Assembly: GCF_044704955.1 (NCBI RefSeq)
Contig: NC_091987.1
Location: 133,114,001 to 133,178,000 of the forward strand
Direction: 5' to 3'
DNA: 64,000 nucleotides
DNA from: Pristiophorus japonicus
Taxonomy: Eukaryota
Shown here: positions 45,101 to 58,603 of the stretch, one piece after another
Layout of the letters: each line of letters begins with the position of its first letter
How positions within the stretch are numbered: position 1 is the first letter of the stretch
The notes under the pieces: generated by a model
The model's database searches: none
What the model saw: the letters and a program-made list of their open reading frames with translations, nothing else
Told to the model about the DNA's origin: nothing
Program-made: the position numbers and the translations under genes

Positions 45101-48100
45101 ACCTTCACCAGTTTCACCTTCACCTTCACCATTATCACTTTCACCAGTATCACCTTCACCTTCACCAGTATCACCTTCACCAGTCTCACCTTCACCAGTT
45201 TCACCATCACCTTCACCAGTTTCACCTTCATCTTCACCAGTATCACCTTCACCAGTATCACCTTCGCCAGTTTCACCTTCACCTTCACCAGTATCACCTT
45301 CACCAGTTTCACCTTCACCAGTTTCACCTTCACCTTCACCAGTTTCAGCTTCACCTTCGCCAGTATCACCTTCACCAGTATCAGCTTCACCTTCACCAGT
45401 ATCACCTTCACTTTCACCAGTATTACCTTCACCAGTATTACCTTCACCATTATCACATTCACCAGTTTCACCTTCACCTTCACCAGTATCACCTTCACCA
45501 GTATTAACTTCACCTGTATCACCTTCACCAGTATCACATTCACCAGTTTCACCTTCACCTTCACCAGTTTCACCTTCACCAGTTTCACCTTCACTAGTAT
45601 CACCTTCACCAGCTTCACCTTCACCTTCACTAGTATCACCTTCACCTTCACCAGTTTCACCTTCACTAGTATCACCTTCACCAGCTTCACCTTCACCTTC
45701 ACCAGTATCACCTTCACCAGTTTCGCCTTCACCTTCACGAGTTTCACCTTCACCTTCACCAGTATCACCTTCACCTTCACCAGTTTCAACTTCACCTTCA
45801 CCAGTTTCACCTTCATCTTCACCAGTATCACCTTCACCAGTTTCACCTTCACCAGATTCACCTTCACCTTCACCAGTATCATCTTCACCAGTTTCACCTT
45901 CACCAGTATCACCTTCATCAGTTTCACCTTCACCTTCACCAGTATCACCTTCACCAGTATCACCTTCACCTTCACCAGTTTCACCTTCACCTTCACCAGT
46001 ATCACCTTCACCAGTATCACCTTCACCTACACCAGTTTCACCTTCACCAGTATCACCTTCACCAGTTTCACCTTCACCTTTACCAGTTGCACCTTCACCT
46101 TCACCAGTATCACCTTCACCAGTTTCACCTTCACCAGTTTCACCTTCACCTTCACCAGTATCACCTTCACCAGTATCACCTTCACCAGTTTCACCTTCAC
46201 CTACAACAGTTTCACCTTCACCAATATCACCTTCACCAGTTTCGCCTTCACCTTCACCAGTTTCACCTACACCTTCACCAGTATCACCTTCACCAGTATC
46301 ACCTTCACCAGTTTCACCTTCACCTTCACCAGTTTCACCTTCATCTTCACCAGTATTACCTTCACCAGTATCACCTTCACCAGTTTCACCTTTACCAGAT
46401 TCACCAGTTTCACCTTCAACAGTATCTCCTTCACCAGTTTCACCTTCACCAGTTTCACCTTCAACTTCACCAGTCTCACCTTCACCAGTTTCACCGTCAC
46501 CTTCACCAGTTTCACCTTCACCTTCACTAGTATCACCTTCACCAGTATCACCTTCACCAGTTTCGCCTTCACCTTCACCAGTATCACCTTCACCTTCACC
46601 AGTACTACCTTCACCAGTATCACCTTCACCAGTTTCACCTTTACCTTCACCAGTATCACCTTCACCAGTTTCACCTTCACCAGTTTCACCTTCACCTTCA
46701 CCAGTATCGCCTTCACCAGTTTCACCTTCACCTTCACCAGTATCACAATCACCAGTATCACATTCACCAGTTTCACCTTCAACTTGACCAGTATCACCTT
46801 CACCAGTATTACCTTCACCAGTATCACCTTCACCAGTATCACATTCACCAGTTTCACCTTCAACTTCACCAGTATAACCTTCACCAGTATTACCTTCACC
46901 TGTATCACCTTCACCAGTATCACATTCACCGATTTCACTTTCACCTTCACCAGTATCACATTCACCAGTTTCACCTTCACCTTCACCAGTATCACCTTTA
47001 CCAGTATCACCTTCACCAGTATTACCTTCACCAGTATCACCTTCACCAGTTTCACCTTCACCTTCACCAGTATCACCTTCACCAGTATCACCTTCACCTT
47101 CACCATTATCACCTTCACCAGTTTCACCTTCACCTTTACCGGTATCACCTTCACCAGTATCACCTGCACCTTCACCAGTATTACCTTCACCAGTATTACC
47201 TTCACCAGTATCACCTTCCCCAGTATCACATTCACCAGTTTCACCTTCACCTTCACCAGTATCACCTTCACCAGTATTAACTTCACCTGTATCACCTTCA
47301 CCAGTATCACCTTCACCAGTTTCACCTTCACCTTCACCAGTATCACCTTCACCAGCTTCACCTTTATCACTTTCACCAGTATCACCTTCACCTTCACCAG
47401 TATCACCTTCACCATTATCACCTTCACCAGTTTCACCTTCACGTTCACCAGTTTCACCTTCATCTTCACCAGTATCACCTTCACCAGTATCACCTTCACC
47501 AGTTTCACCTTCACCTTAACCAGTATCACCTTCACCAGTTTCACCTTCACCAATTTCGCCTTCACCTTCACCAGTTTCAGCTTCACCTTCACCAATATCA
47601 CCTTGACCAGTATCACCTTCACTTTCACCAGTATCACCTTCACCAGTATTAACTTCACCTGTATCACCTTCACCAGTATCACATTCACCAGTTTCACCTT
47701 CACCAGTTTCACCAGTTTCACCTTCACCAGTTTCACCTTCACCTTCACCAGTATCACCTTCACCAGCTTCACCTTCAACTTCACCAGTATCACCTTCACC
47801 TTCACCAGTATCACCTTCACCAGTTTCACCTTCACCTTCACCAGTGTCACCTTCACCAGTATCACCTTCACCAGTTTCACCTTCACCTTCACCAGTTTCA
47901 CCTTCACCTTCACCAGTATCACCTTCACCAGTTTCACCTTCACCAGTTTCACCTTCACCTTCACCAGTTTCACCTTCACCTTCACCAGTATCACCTTCAC
48001 CAGTTTCACCTTCACCTTCACCAGTTTCACCTTCACCGTCACCAGTATCACCTTTACTTTCACCAGTACTACCTTCACCAGTATCACCTTCACCAGTTTC

Positions 48101-50218
48101 ACCTTCACCTTCACCAGTATAACCTTCACCAGTATCACCTTCACCAGTATCACATTTACCAGTTTCACCTTCACCTTCTCCAGTATCAATGTCCCCAGTA
48201 TCACCTTCACCAGTTTCACCTTCACCTTCACCAGTATCACCTTCACCAGTATCACCTTCACCAGTTTCACCTTCACCAGTATCACATTCACCAGTATCAC
48301 CTTCACCAGTATAACCTTCACCAGTATCACATTCATCTTCACCAGTATCACATTCACAAGTTTCACCTTCATCTTCACCAGTATTACCTTCACCTGTATC
48401 ACCTTCACCAGTAACACATTCACCAGTTTCACCTTCACCTTCACCAGTATCACCTTCCACTTCACCAGTACTACCTTCACCAGTATCACCTTCACCAGTT
48501 TCACCTTCACCTTCTCCAGTATCACCTTCCCCAGTATTACCTTCACCTGTATCACTTTCTCCAGTATCACATTCACCAGTTTCACCTTCACCTTCACCAG
48601 TATCACCTTCACCAGTATAACCTTCACCAGTATCACCTTCACCAGTTTCACCTTCACCTTCACCAGTATCACCTTCACCAGCTTCACCTTCACCAGTTTC
48701 ACCTTCACCTTCACCAGTATCACCTTCACCAGTATCACCGTCACCTTCACCAGTTTCACCTTCACCTTCACCAGTTTCACCTTCACCATTATTACCTTCA
48801 CCAGTATCACCTTCACCAGTTTCACCTTCACCAGATTCACCTTCACCTTCACCAGTATCACCTTCACCAGTTTCACCTTCATCTTCACCAGTATCACCTT
48901 CACCAGTATCACCTTCACCAGTTTCACCTTCACCAGTTTCACCTTCACCTTCACCAGTATCACCTTCACCAGTATCACCGTCACCTTCACCAGTTTCACC
49001 TTCACCTTCACCAGTTTCACCTTCACCATTATTACCTTCACCAGTATCACCTTCACCAGTTTCACCTTCACCAGATTCACCTTCACCTTCACCAGTATCA
49101 CCTTCACCAGTTTCACCTTCATCTTCACCAGTATCACCTTCACCAGTATCACCTTCACCGGTTTCACCTTCACCTTCACCAGTATCACCTTCACCAGTAT
49201 CACCTTCACCAGTTTCACCTTCACCAGTATCACATTCACCAGTATCACCTTCACCAGTATAACCTTCACCAGTATCACATTCATCTTCACCAGTATCACA
49301 TTCACAAGTTACACCTTCACCTTCACCAGTATTACCTTCACCTGTATCACCTTCACCAGTAACACATTCACCAGTTTCACCTTCACCTTCACCAGTATCA
49401 CCTTCCACTTCACCAGTACTACCTTCACCAGTATCACCTTCACCAGTTTCACCTTCACCTTCTCCAGTATCACCTTCCCCAGTATTACCTTCACCTGTAT
49501 CACTTTCTCCAGTATCACATTCACCAGTTTCACCTTCACCTTCACCAGTATCACCTTCACCAGTATAACCTTCACCAGTATCACCTTCACCAGTTTCACC
49601 TTCACCTTCACCAGTATCACCTTCACCAGCTTCACCTTCACCAGTTTCACCTTCACCTTCACCAGTATCACCTTCACCAGTATCACCGTCACCTTCACCA
49701 GTTTCACCTTCACCTTCACCAGTTTCACCTTCACCATTATTACCTTCACCAGTATCACCTTCACCAGTTTCACCTTCACCAGATTCACCTTCACCTTCAC
49801 CAGTATCACCTTCACCAGTTTCACCTTCATCTTCACCAGTATCACCTTCACCAGTATCACCTTCACCAGTTTCACCTTCACCAGTTTCACCTTCACCTTC
49901 ACCAGTATCACCTTCACCAGTATCACCGTCACCTTCACCAGTTTCACCTTCACCTTCACCAGTTTCACCTTCACCATTATTACCTTCACCAGTATCACCT
50001 TCACCAGTTTCACCTTCACCAGATTCACCTTCACCTTCACCAGTATCACCTTCACCAGTTTCACCTTCATCTTCACCAGTATCACCTTCACCAGTATCAC
50101 CTTCACCGGTTTCACCTTCACCTTCACCAGTATCACCTTCACCAGTATCACCTTCACCGGTTTCACCTTCACCTTCACCAGTATCACCTTCACCAGTATC
50201 ACCTTCACCAGTTTCACC
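36108..50218. repeat. Complex satellite of 15-bp TCACCAGT(A/T)TCACCT and 6-bp TCACCT units with kb-scale higher-order repeats
   Basis: Uninterrupted ~14-kb array; variant landmarks such as CAGTTAAACC recur at ~37715, 39658, 43276 and 44867. Confidence 0.97.
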
Positions 50219-50578
50219 AGAGGCCTATAAAAGGCACAGCAGGGAGTCCGGGGCTAGCGTCGGCGGCAGTCGGGAGCAGCGTCGAGGAGGTCCATTGGAG
50301 AGGACTATAAAAGGCACAGCAGGGATTCCGGGGCCCAGCGTCGGCACAGTCGGGAGCAGCGTCGAGGAGGTGCGTGGAGAGGCCTATAAAAGGCGTACTT
50401 GTGCAGCTACAGGGGGAAGGCAAAAAAGAAGTAGAAAGAAATCAAAAGGTGACGTCACAGCCAAGAGGGTAAGTGATTGGCTGGTGATTGGTGAGTAGTT
50501 TTTCTTTTTTCTCTTCTATATCAGTGAGTAACTTTTAACATTGTTGTTGCCAATTTAAGTGTATCTAAGGGTTAAGTC

Positions 50579-51526
50579 ATGGCAGGAGAGCTCGGTCGGG
50601 TGTTATGCTCCTCCTGTACCATGTGGGAACTCGGGGACGACACCAGTGTCCCTGACGACTACATCTGCGGGAAGTGTATCCACCTCAAGCTCCTGACGGT
50701 CCGCGTTGCGGAGTTGGAGCTGAGGGTGGATTCACTCTGGAGCATCCACGATGCTGAGAATGACATGAGTATCACGTGTAGCGAGTTGGTCGTACCGCAG
50801 GGAAAGGGTCCACAGCCAGATAGGGAATGGAAGACCAACAGGAAGAGCAGTGCAAGGAAGGTAGTGCAGGAGTCCCCTGTGGTCATCCCCCTGCAAAACA
50901 GATACAATGCTTTGGGTACTGTTGAGGGGGATGACTCATCAGGGGAGGGCAGCAGCAGCCAAGTTCATGGCACCATGGCTGGCTCTGCTGCACAGGAGGG
51001 CAGGAAAAAGAGTGGGAGAGCAATAGTGATTGGGGATTCAATGGTGAGGGGAATAGATAGTCGTTTCTGCGGCCGCAACCGAGACTCCAGGATGGTATGT
51101 TGCCTCCCTGGTGCAAGAGTCAAGGATGTCTCGGAGCGGGTGCAGGACATTCTAAAAAGGGAGGGAGAACAGCCAGTTGTCGTGGTGCACATTGGTACCA
51201 ACGACATAGGTAAAAAAAGGGATGAGGTCCTACGAAACGAATTTAAGGAGCTAGGAGCTAAATTAAAAAGTAGGACCTCAAAAGTAGTAATCTCGGGATT
51301 GCTACCAGTGCCACGTGCTAGTCAGAGTAGGAATCGCAGGATAGCGCAGATGAATACGTGGCTTGAGCAGTGGTGCAACAGGGAGGGATTCAAATTCCTG
51401 GGGCATTGGAACCGGTTCTGGGGGAGGTGGGACCAGTACAAACCGGACGGTCTGCACCTGGGAAGGACCGGAACCAATGTCCTAGGGGGAGTGTTTGCTA
51501 GTGCTGTTGGGGAGGATTTAAACTGA
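50579..51526 (+). CDS. CR1 ORF1 protein (zinc finger, leucine zipper, SGNH esterase), intact, 315 aa
   Basis: CSSC..CGKC, LQNRY, GDS, GTND and DGLH motifs. Confidence 0.9.
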   Translation: MAGELGRVLCSSCTMWELGDDTSVPDDYICGKCIHLKLLTVRVAELELRVDSLWSIHDAENDMSITCSELVVPQGKGPQPDREWKTNRKSSARKVVQESPVVIPLQNRYNALGTVEGDDSSGEGSSSQVHGTMAGSAAQEGRKKSGRAIVIGDSMVRGIDSRFCGRNRDSRMVCCLPGARVKDVSERVQDILKREGEQPVVVVHIGTNDIGKKRDEVLRNEFKELGAKLKSRTSKVVISGLLPVPRASQSRNRRIAQMNTWLEQWCNREGFKFLGHWNRFWGRWDQYKPDGLHLGRTGTNVLGGVFASAVGEDLN

Positions 51527-52523
51527 TATGGCAGGGGGATGGGAACCAATGCAGGGAGACAGAGGGAAACAAAAAGGAGGCAAAAGCAAAAGACAGAAAG
51601 GAGATGAGGAAAAGTGGAGGGCAGAGAAACCCAAGGCAAAGAACAAAAAGGGCCACTGTACAGCAAAATTCTAAAAGGACAAAGGGTGTTAAAAGAACAA
51701 GCCTGAAGGCTTTGTGTCTTAATGCAAGGAGTATCCGCAATAAAGTGGATGAATTAACTGTGCAAATAGATGTTAACAAATATGATGTGATTGGGATTAC
51801 GGAGACGTGGCTCCAGGATGATCAGGGCTGGGAACTCAACATCCAGGATTATTCAACATTCAGGAAAGATAGAATAAAAGGAAAATGAGGTGGGGTAGCA
51901 ATGCTGGTTAAGGAGCAAATTAAGGCAATAGTTCGGAAGGACATTAGCTTGAATGATGTGGAATCTATATGGGTAGAGCTGCAGAATACCAAAGGACAAA
52001 AAACGTTAGTGGGAGTTGTGTACAGACCTCCAAACAGTAGTAGTGATGTTGGGGAGGGCATCAAACATGAAATTAGGGGTGCGTGCAATAAAGGTGCAGC
52101 AGTTATAATGGGTGACTTTAATATGCACATAGATTGGGTTAACCAAACTGGAAGCAATACGGTAGAGGAGGATTTCCTGGAGTGCATAAGGGATGGTTTT
52201 TTAGACCAATATGTCGAGGAACCAACTAGGGGGGAGGCCATCTTAGACTGGGTGTTGTGTAATGAGAGAGGATTAATTAGCAATCTTGTTGTGCGAGGCC
52301 CCTTGGGGAAGAGTGACCATAATATGGTGGAATTCTGCATTAGGATGGAGAATGAAATCGTTAATTCAGAGACCATGGTCCAGAACTTAAAGAAGGGTAA
52401 CTTTGAAGGTATGAGGCGTGAATTGGCTAGGATAGATTGGCGAATGATACTGAAGGGGTTGACTGTGGATGGGCAATGGCAGACATTTAGAGACCGCATG
52501 GATGAACTACAACAATTGTACAT

Positions 52524-55500
52524 AGAAACATAGAAACATAGAAACATAGAAACATAGAAAATAGGTGCAGGAGTAGGCCATTCGGCCCTTCTAGCCTGCA
52601 CCGCCATTCAATGAGTTCATGGCTGAACATTCAACTTCAGTACCTCATTCCTGCTTTCTCGCCATACCCCTTGATCCCCCTAGCAGTAAGGACCTCATCT
52701 AACTCCTTTTTGAATATATTTAGTGAATTGGCCTCAACAACTTTCTGTGGTAGAGAATTCCACAGGTTCACCACTCTCTGGGTGAAGAAGTTCCTCCGCA
52801 TCTCGGTCCTAAATGGCTTACCCCTTATCCTTAGACTGTGACCCCTGGTTCTGGACTTCCCCAACATTGGGAACATTCTTCCTGCATCTAACCTGTCTAA
52901 CCCCGTCAGAATTTTATATGTTTCTATGAGGTCCCCTCTCATTCTTCTGAACTCCAGTGAATACAAGCCCAGTTGATCCAGTCTTTCTTGATAGGTCAGT
53001 CCCGCCATCCCGGGAATCAGTCTGGTGAACCTTCGCTGCACTCCCTCAATAGCAAGAATGTCCTTCCTCAGGTTAGGAGACCAAAACTGTACACAATACT
53101 CCAGGTGTGGCCTCACCAATGCCCTGTACAACTGTAGCAACACCTCCCTGCCCCTGTACTCAAATCCCCTTGCTATGAAGGCCAACATGCCATTTGCTTT
53201 CTTAACCGCCTGCTGCACCTGCATGCTAACCTTCAATGACTGATGTACCATGACACCCAGGTCTCTTTGCACCTCCCCTTTTCCTAATCTGTCACCATTC
53301 AGATAATAGTCTGTCTCTCTGTTTTTACCACCAAAGTGGATAACCTCACATTTATCCACATTATACTTCATCTGCCATGCATTTGCCCACTCACCTAACC
53401 TATCCAAGTCGCTCTGCAGCCTCACAGCATCCTCCTCGCAGCTCACACTGCCACCCAACTTAGTGTCATCCGCAAATTTGGAGATACTACATTTAATCCC
53501 CTCATCTAAATCATTAATGTACAGTGTAAACAGCTGGGGCCCCAGCATAGAACCTTGCGGTACCTCACTAGTCACTGCCTGCCATTCTGAAAAGTACCCA
53601 TTTACTCCTACTCTTTGCTTCCTGTCTGACAACCAGTTCTCAATCCATGTCAGTACACTACCCCCAATCCCATGTGCTCTAACTTTGCACATCAATCTCT
53701 TGTGTGGGACCTTGTCGAACGCCTTCTGAAAGTCCAAATATACCACATCAACTGGTTCTCCCTTATCCACTCTACTGGAAACATCCTCAAAAAATTCCAG
53801 AAGATTTGTCAAGCATGATTTCCCTTTCACAAATCCATGCTGACTTGGACCTATCATGTCACCTCTTTCCAAATGCACTGCTATGACATCCTTAATAATT
53901 GATTCCATCATTTTACCCACTACCGATGTCAGGCTGACCGGTCTATAATTCCCTGTTTTCTCTCTCCCTCCTTTTTTAAAAAGTGGGGTTATATTGGCTA
54001 CCCTCCACTCCATAGGAACTGATCCAGAGTCAATGGAATGTTGGAAAATGACTGTCAACGCATCCACTATTTCCAAGGCCACCTCCTTAAGTACTCTGGG
54101 ATGCAGTCCATCAGGCCCTGGGGATTTATCGGCCTTCAATCCCATCAATTTCCCCAACACAATTTCCCGGCTAATAAGGATTTCCCTCAGTTCCTCCTCC
54201 TTACTAGACCCCCCGACCCCTTTTATAACCGGAAGGTTGTTCGTGTCCTCCTTCGTGAATACCGAACCAAAGTACTTGTTCAATTGGTCCGCCATTTCTT
54301 TGTTCCCCGTTATGACTTCCCCTGATTCTGACTGCAGGGGACCTACGTTTGTCTTTACTAACCTTTTTCTCTTTACATATCTATAGAAACTTTTGCAATC
54401 CGTCTTAATGTTCCCTGCAAGCTTCTTCTCATACTCCATTTTCCCTGCCCTAATCAAACCCTTTGTCCTCCTCTGCTGAGTTCTAAATTTCTCCCAGTCC
54501 CCAGGTTCGCTGCTATTTCTGGCCAATTTGTATGCCACTTCCTTGGCTTTAATACTATCCCTGATTTCCTTGATAGCCACGGTTGAGCCACCTTCCCTTT
54601 TTTATTTCTATGCCAGACAGGAATGTACAATTGTTGTAGTTCATCCATGCGGTCTCTAAATGTCTGCCATTGCCCATCCACAGTCAACCCCTTAAGTATC
54701 ATTCGCCAATCCATCTCAGCCAATTCACGCCTCATACCTTCAAAGTTAGCCTTCTTTAAGTTCTGGACCATGGTCTCTGAATTAACTGTTTCATTCTCCA
54801 TCCTAATGCAGAATTCCACCATATTATGGTCACTCTTCCCCAAGGGGCCTCGCACAACGAGATTGCTAATTAATCCTTTCTCATTACACAACATCCAGTC
54901 TAAGATGGCCTTCCCCCTAGTTGGTTCCTCGACATATTGGTCTAAAAAACCATCCCTTATGCACTCCAGAAAATCCTCCTCCACCGTATTGCTTCCAGTT
55001 TGGTTAGCCCAATCTATGTGCATATTAAAGTCACCCATTATAACTGCTGCACCTTTATTGCACGCACCCCTAATTTCCTGTTTGATGCCCTCCCCAACAT
55101 CACTACTACTGTTTGGAGGTCTGTACACAACTCCCACTAACGTTTTTTGCCCTTTGGTGTTCTGCAGCTCTACCCATATAGATTCCACATCATCCAAGCT
55201 AATGTCCTTCCTAACTATTGCCTTAATCTCCTCCTTAACCAGCAATGCTACCCCACCTCCTTTTCCTTTTATTCTATCCTTCCTGAATGTTGAATACCCC
55301 TGGATGTTGAGTTCCCAGCCCTGCTCATCCTGGAGCCACGTCTCCGTAATCCCAATCACATCATATTTGTTAACATCTATTTGCACAGTTAATTCATCCA
55401 CCTTATTGCGGATACTCCTTGCATTAAGACACAAAGCCTTTCGGCTTGTTTTTTTAACACCCTCTGTCCTTTTAGAATTTTGCTGTACAATGGCCCTTTT

Positions 55501-56526
55501 TGTTCTTTGCCTTGGGTTTCTCTGCCCTCCACTTTTCCTCATCTCCTTTCTGTCTTTTGTTTTTGCCTCCTTTTTGTTTCCCTCTATCTCCCTGCATTGG
55601 TTCCCATCCACCTGCCATATTAGTTTAACTCCTCCCCAACAGCACTAGCAAACACTCCCCCGAGGACATTGGTTCCGATTCTGCCCAGGTGCAGACCGTC
55701 CGGATTGTACTGGTCCCACCTCCCCCAGAACCGGTTCCAATGCCCCAGGAATTTGAATCCCTCCCTGCTGCACCATTGCTCAAGCCACGTATTCATCTGA
55801 GCTATCCTGCGATTCCTACTCTGACTAGCACGTGGCACTGGTAGCAATCCCGAGATTACTACTTTTGAGGTCCTACTTTTTAATTTAGCTCCTAGCTCCT
55901 TAAATTCATTTCGTAGGAACTCATCCCTTTTTTTACCTATGTCATTGGTACCAACGTGCACCACGACAACTGGCTGTTCTCCCTCCCTTTTTAGAATGTC
56001 CTGCACCCGCTCCGAGACATCCTTGACCCTTGCACCAGGGAGGCAACATACCATCCTGGAGTCTCGGTTGCGGCCGCAGAAAAGCCTATCTATTCCCCTT
56101 ACAATTGAATCCCCTATCACTATCGCTCGCCCACTCTTTTTCCTGCCCTCCTGTGCAACAGAGCCAGCCACGGTGCCATGAACTTGGCTGCTGCTGCCCA
56201 CTCCTGATGAGTCATCCCCCTCAACAGCACTCAAAGCAGTGTATCTGTTTTGCAGTGGGATGACCACAGGGGACCCCTGCACTACCTTCCTTGCACTACT
56301 CTTCCTGCTGGTCTTCCATTCCCTCGCTGGCTGTGGACCCTTCTCCTGCGGTAAGACCAACTCGCTACACGTGATACTCACGTCATTCTCAGCATCGTGG
56401 ATGCTCCAGAGTGAATCCACCTTCAGCTCCAACTCCGCAACGCGGACCGTCAGTAGCCGGAGGTGGACACACTTCCCGCACATGTAGTCGTCAGGGACAC
56501 TGGTGTTGTCCCCGTGTTCCCACATG
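52524..56526 (-). mobile_element. CR1 LINE (copy 3), 5'-truncated in early ORF1, inserted antisense into copy 2
   Basis: (CATAGAAA)5 tail on plus at 52521-52560; ORF2 52637-55611 with one frameshift (~54570); ORF1 55620-56526; TSD GTACAT at 52518-52523 and 56527-56532. Confidence 0.95.
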
Positions 56527-58603
56527 GTACATTCCTGTCTGTCGTAAAAATAAAAAAGGGAAGGTGGCTCAACCGTGGCTATCAAGGGAAATCAGGGATA
56601 GCATTAAAGCCAAGGAAGTGGCATACAAATTGGCCAGAAATAGCAGCAAACCCGGGGACTGGGAGAAATTTAGAACTCAGCAGAGGAGGACAAAGGGTTT
56701 GATTAGGGCAGGGAAAATGGAGTACGAGAAGAAACTTGCAGGGAACATTAAGACGGATTGCAAAAGTTTCTATAGATATGTAAAGAGAAAAAGATTAGTA
56801 AAGACAAACGGAGGTCCCCTGCAGTCAGAATCAGGGGAAGTCATAACGGGGAACAAAGAAATGGCGGACCAATTGAACAAGTACTTTGGTTCGGTATTCA
56901 CTGAGGAGGACACAAACAACCTTTCGGATATAAAAGGGGTCGGAGGGTCTAGTAAGGAGGAGGAACTGAGGGAAATCCTTATTAGTCGGGAAATTGTGTT
57001 GGGGAAATTGATGGGATTGAAGGCCGATAAATCCCCAGGGCCTGATGGACTGCATCCCAGAGTACTTAAGGAGGTGGCCTTGGAAATAGTGGATGCATTA
57101 ACAGTCATTTTCCAACATTCCATTGACTCTGGATCAGTTCCTATGGAGTGGAGGGTAGCCAATGTAACCCCACTTTTTAAAAAAGGAGGGAGAGAGATAA
57201 CAGGGAATTATAGACCGGTCAGCCTGACATCGGTAGTGGGTAAAATGATGGAATCAATTATTAAGGATGTCATCGCAGTGCATTTGGAAAGAGGTGATAT
57301 GATAGGTCCAAGTCAGCATGGATTTGTGAAAGACAAATCTTCTGAAATTTTTTGAGGATGTTTCCAGTAGAGTGAACAAGGGAGAACCAGTTGATGTGGT
57401 ATATTTGGACTTTCAGAAGGCTTTCGACAAGGTCCCACACAAGAGATTAATGTGCAAAGTTAAAGCACATGGGATTGGGGGTAGTGTGCTGACATGGATT
57501 GAGAACTGGTTGTCAGACAGGAAGCAAAGAGTAGGAGTAAATGGGGACTTTTCAGAATGGCAGGCAGTGACTAGTGGGGTACCGCAAGGTTCTGTGCTGG
57601 GGCCCCAGCTGTTTACACTGTACATTAATGATTTAGACGAGGGGATTAAATGTAGTATCTCCAAATTTGCGGATGACACTAAGTTGGGTGGCAGTGTGAG
57701 CTGCAAGGAGGATTCTATGAGGCTGCAGAGCGACTTGGATAGGTTAGGTGAGTGGGCAAATGCATGGCAGATGAAGTATAATGTGGATAAATGTGAGGTT
57801 ATCCACTTTGGTGGTAAAACAGAGAGACAGACTATTATCTGAATGGTGACAGATTAGGAAAAGGGGAGGTGCAAAGAGACCTGGGTGTCATGGTACATCA
57901 GTCATTGAAGGTTGGCATGCAGGTACAGCAGGCGGTTAAGAAAGCAAATGGCATGTTGGCCTTCATAGCGAGGGGATTTGAGTACAAGGGCAGGGAGGTG
58001 TTGCTACAATTGTACAGGGCCTTGGTGAGGCCACACCTGGAGTATTGTGTACAGTTTTGGTCTCCTAACCTGAGGAAGGACATTCTTGCTATTGAGGGAG
58101 TGCAGCGAAGGTTCACCAGACTGATTCCCGGGATGGCGGGACTGACCTATCAAGAAAGACTGGATCAACTGGGCTTGTATTCACTGGAGTTCAGAAGAAT
58201 GAGAGGGGACCTCATAGAAACGTTTATAATCCTGACGGGGTTAGACAGGTTAGATGCAGGAAGAATGTTCCCAATGTTGGGGAAGTCCAGAACCAGGGGA
58301 CACAGTCTAAGGATAAGGGGGAAGCCATTTAGGACCGAGATGAGGAGGAATTTCTTCACCCAGAGACTGGTGAACCTGTGGAATTCTCTACCACAGAAAG
58401 TTGTTGAGGCCAATTCACTAAATATATTAAAAAAGGAGTTAGATGAAGTCCTTACTACTAGGGGAATCAAGTGGTATGGTGAGAAAGCAGGAATGGGGTA
58501 CTGAAGTTGAATGTTCAGCCATGAACTCATTGAATGGCGGTGCAGGCTAGAAGGGCCGAATGGCCTACTCCTGCACCTATTTTCTATGTTTCTATGTTTC
58601 TAT

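Larger units (their letters stand above)
50219..58603 (+). mobile_element. Near-full-length CR1 LINE (copy 2; segments 50219-52523 and 56527-58603) inserted in the satellite
   Basis: ~80-bp TATA monomers, intact ORF1, ORF2 with a stop at 51886-51888 and later frameshifts, (TTTCTATG)n tail at ~58581-58603. Confidence 0.95.
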
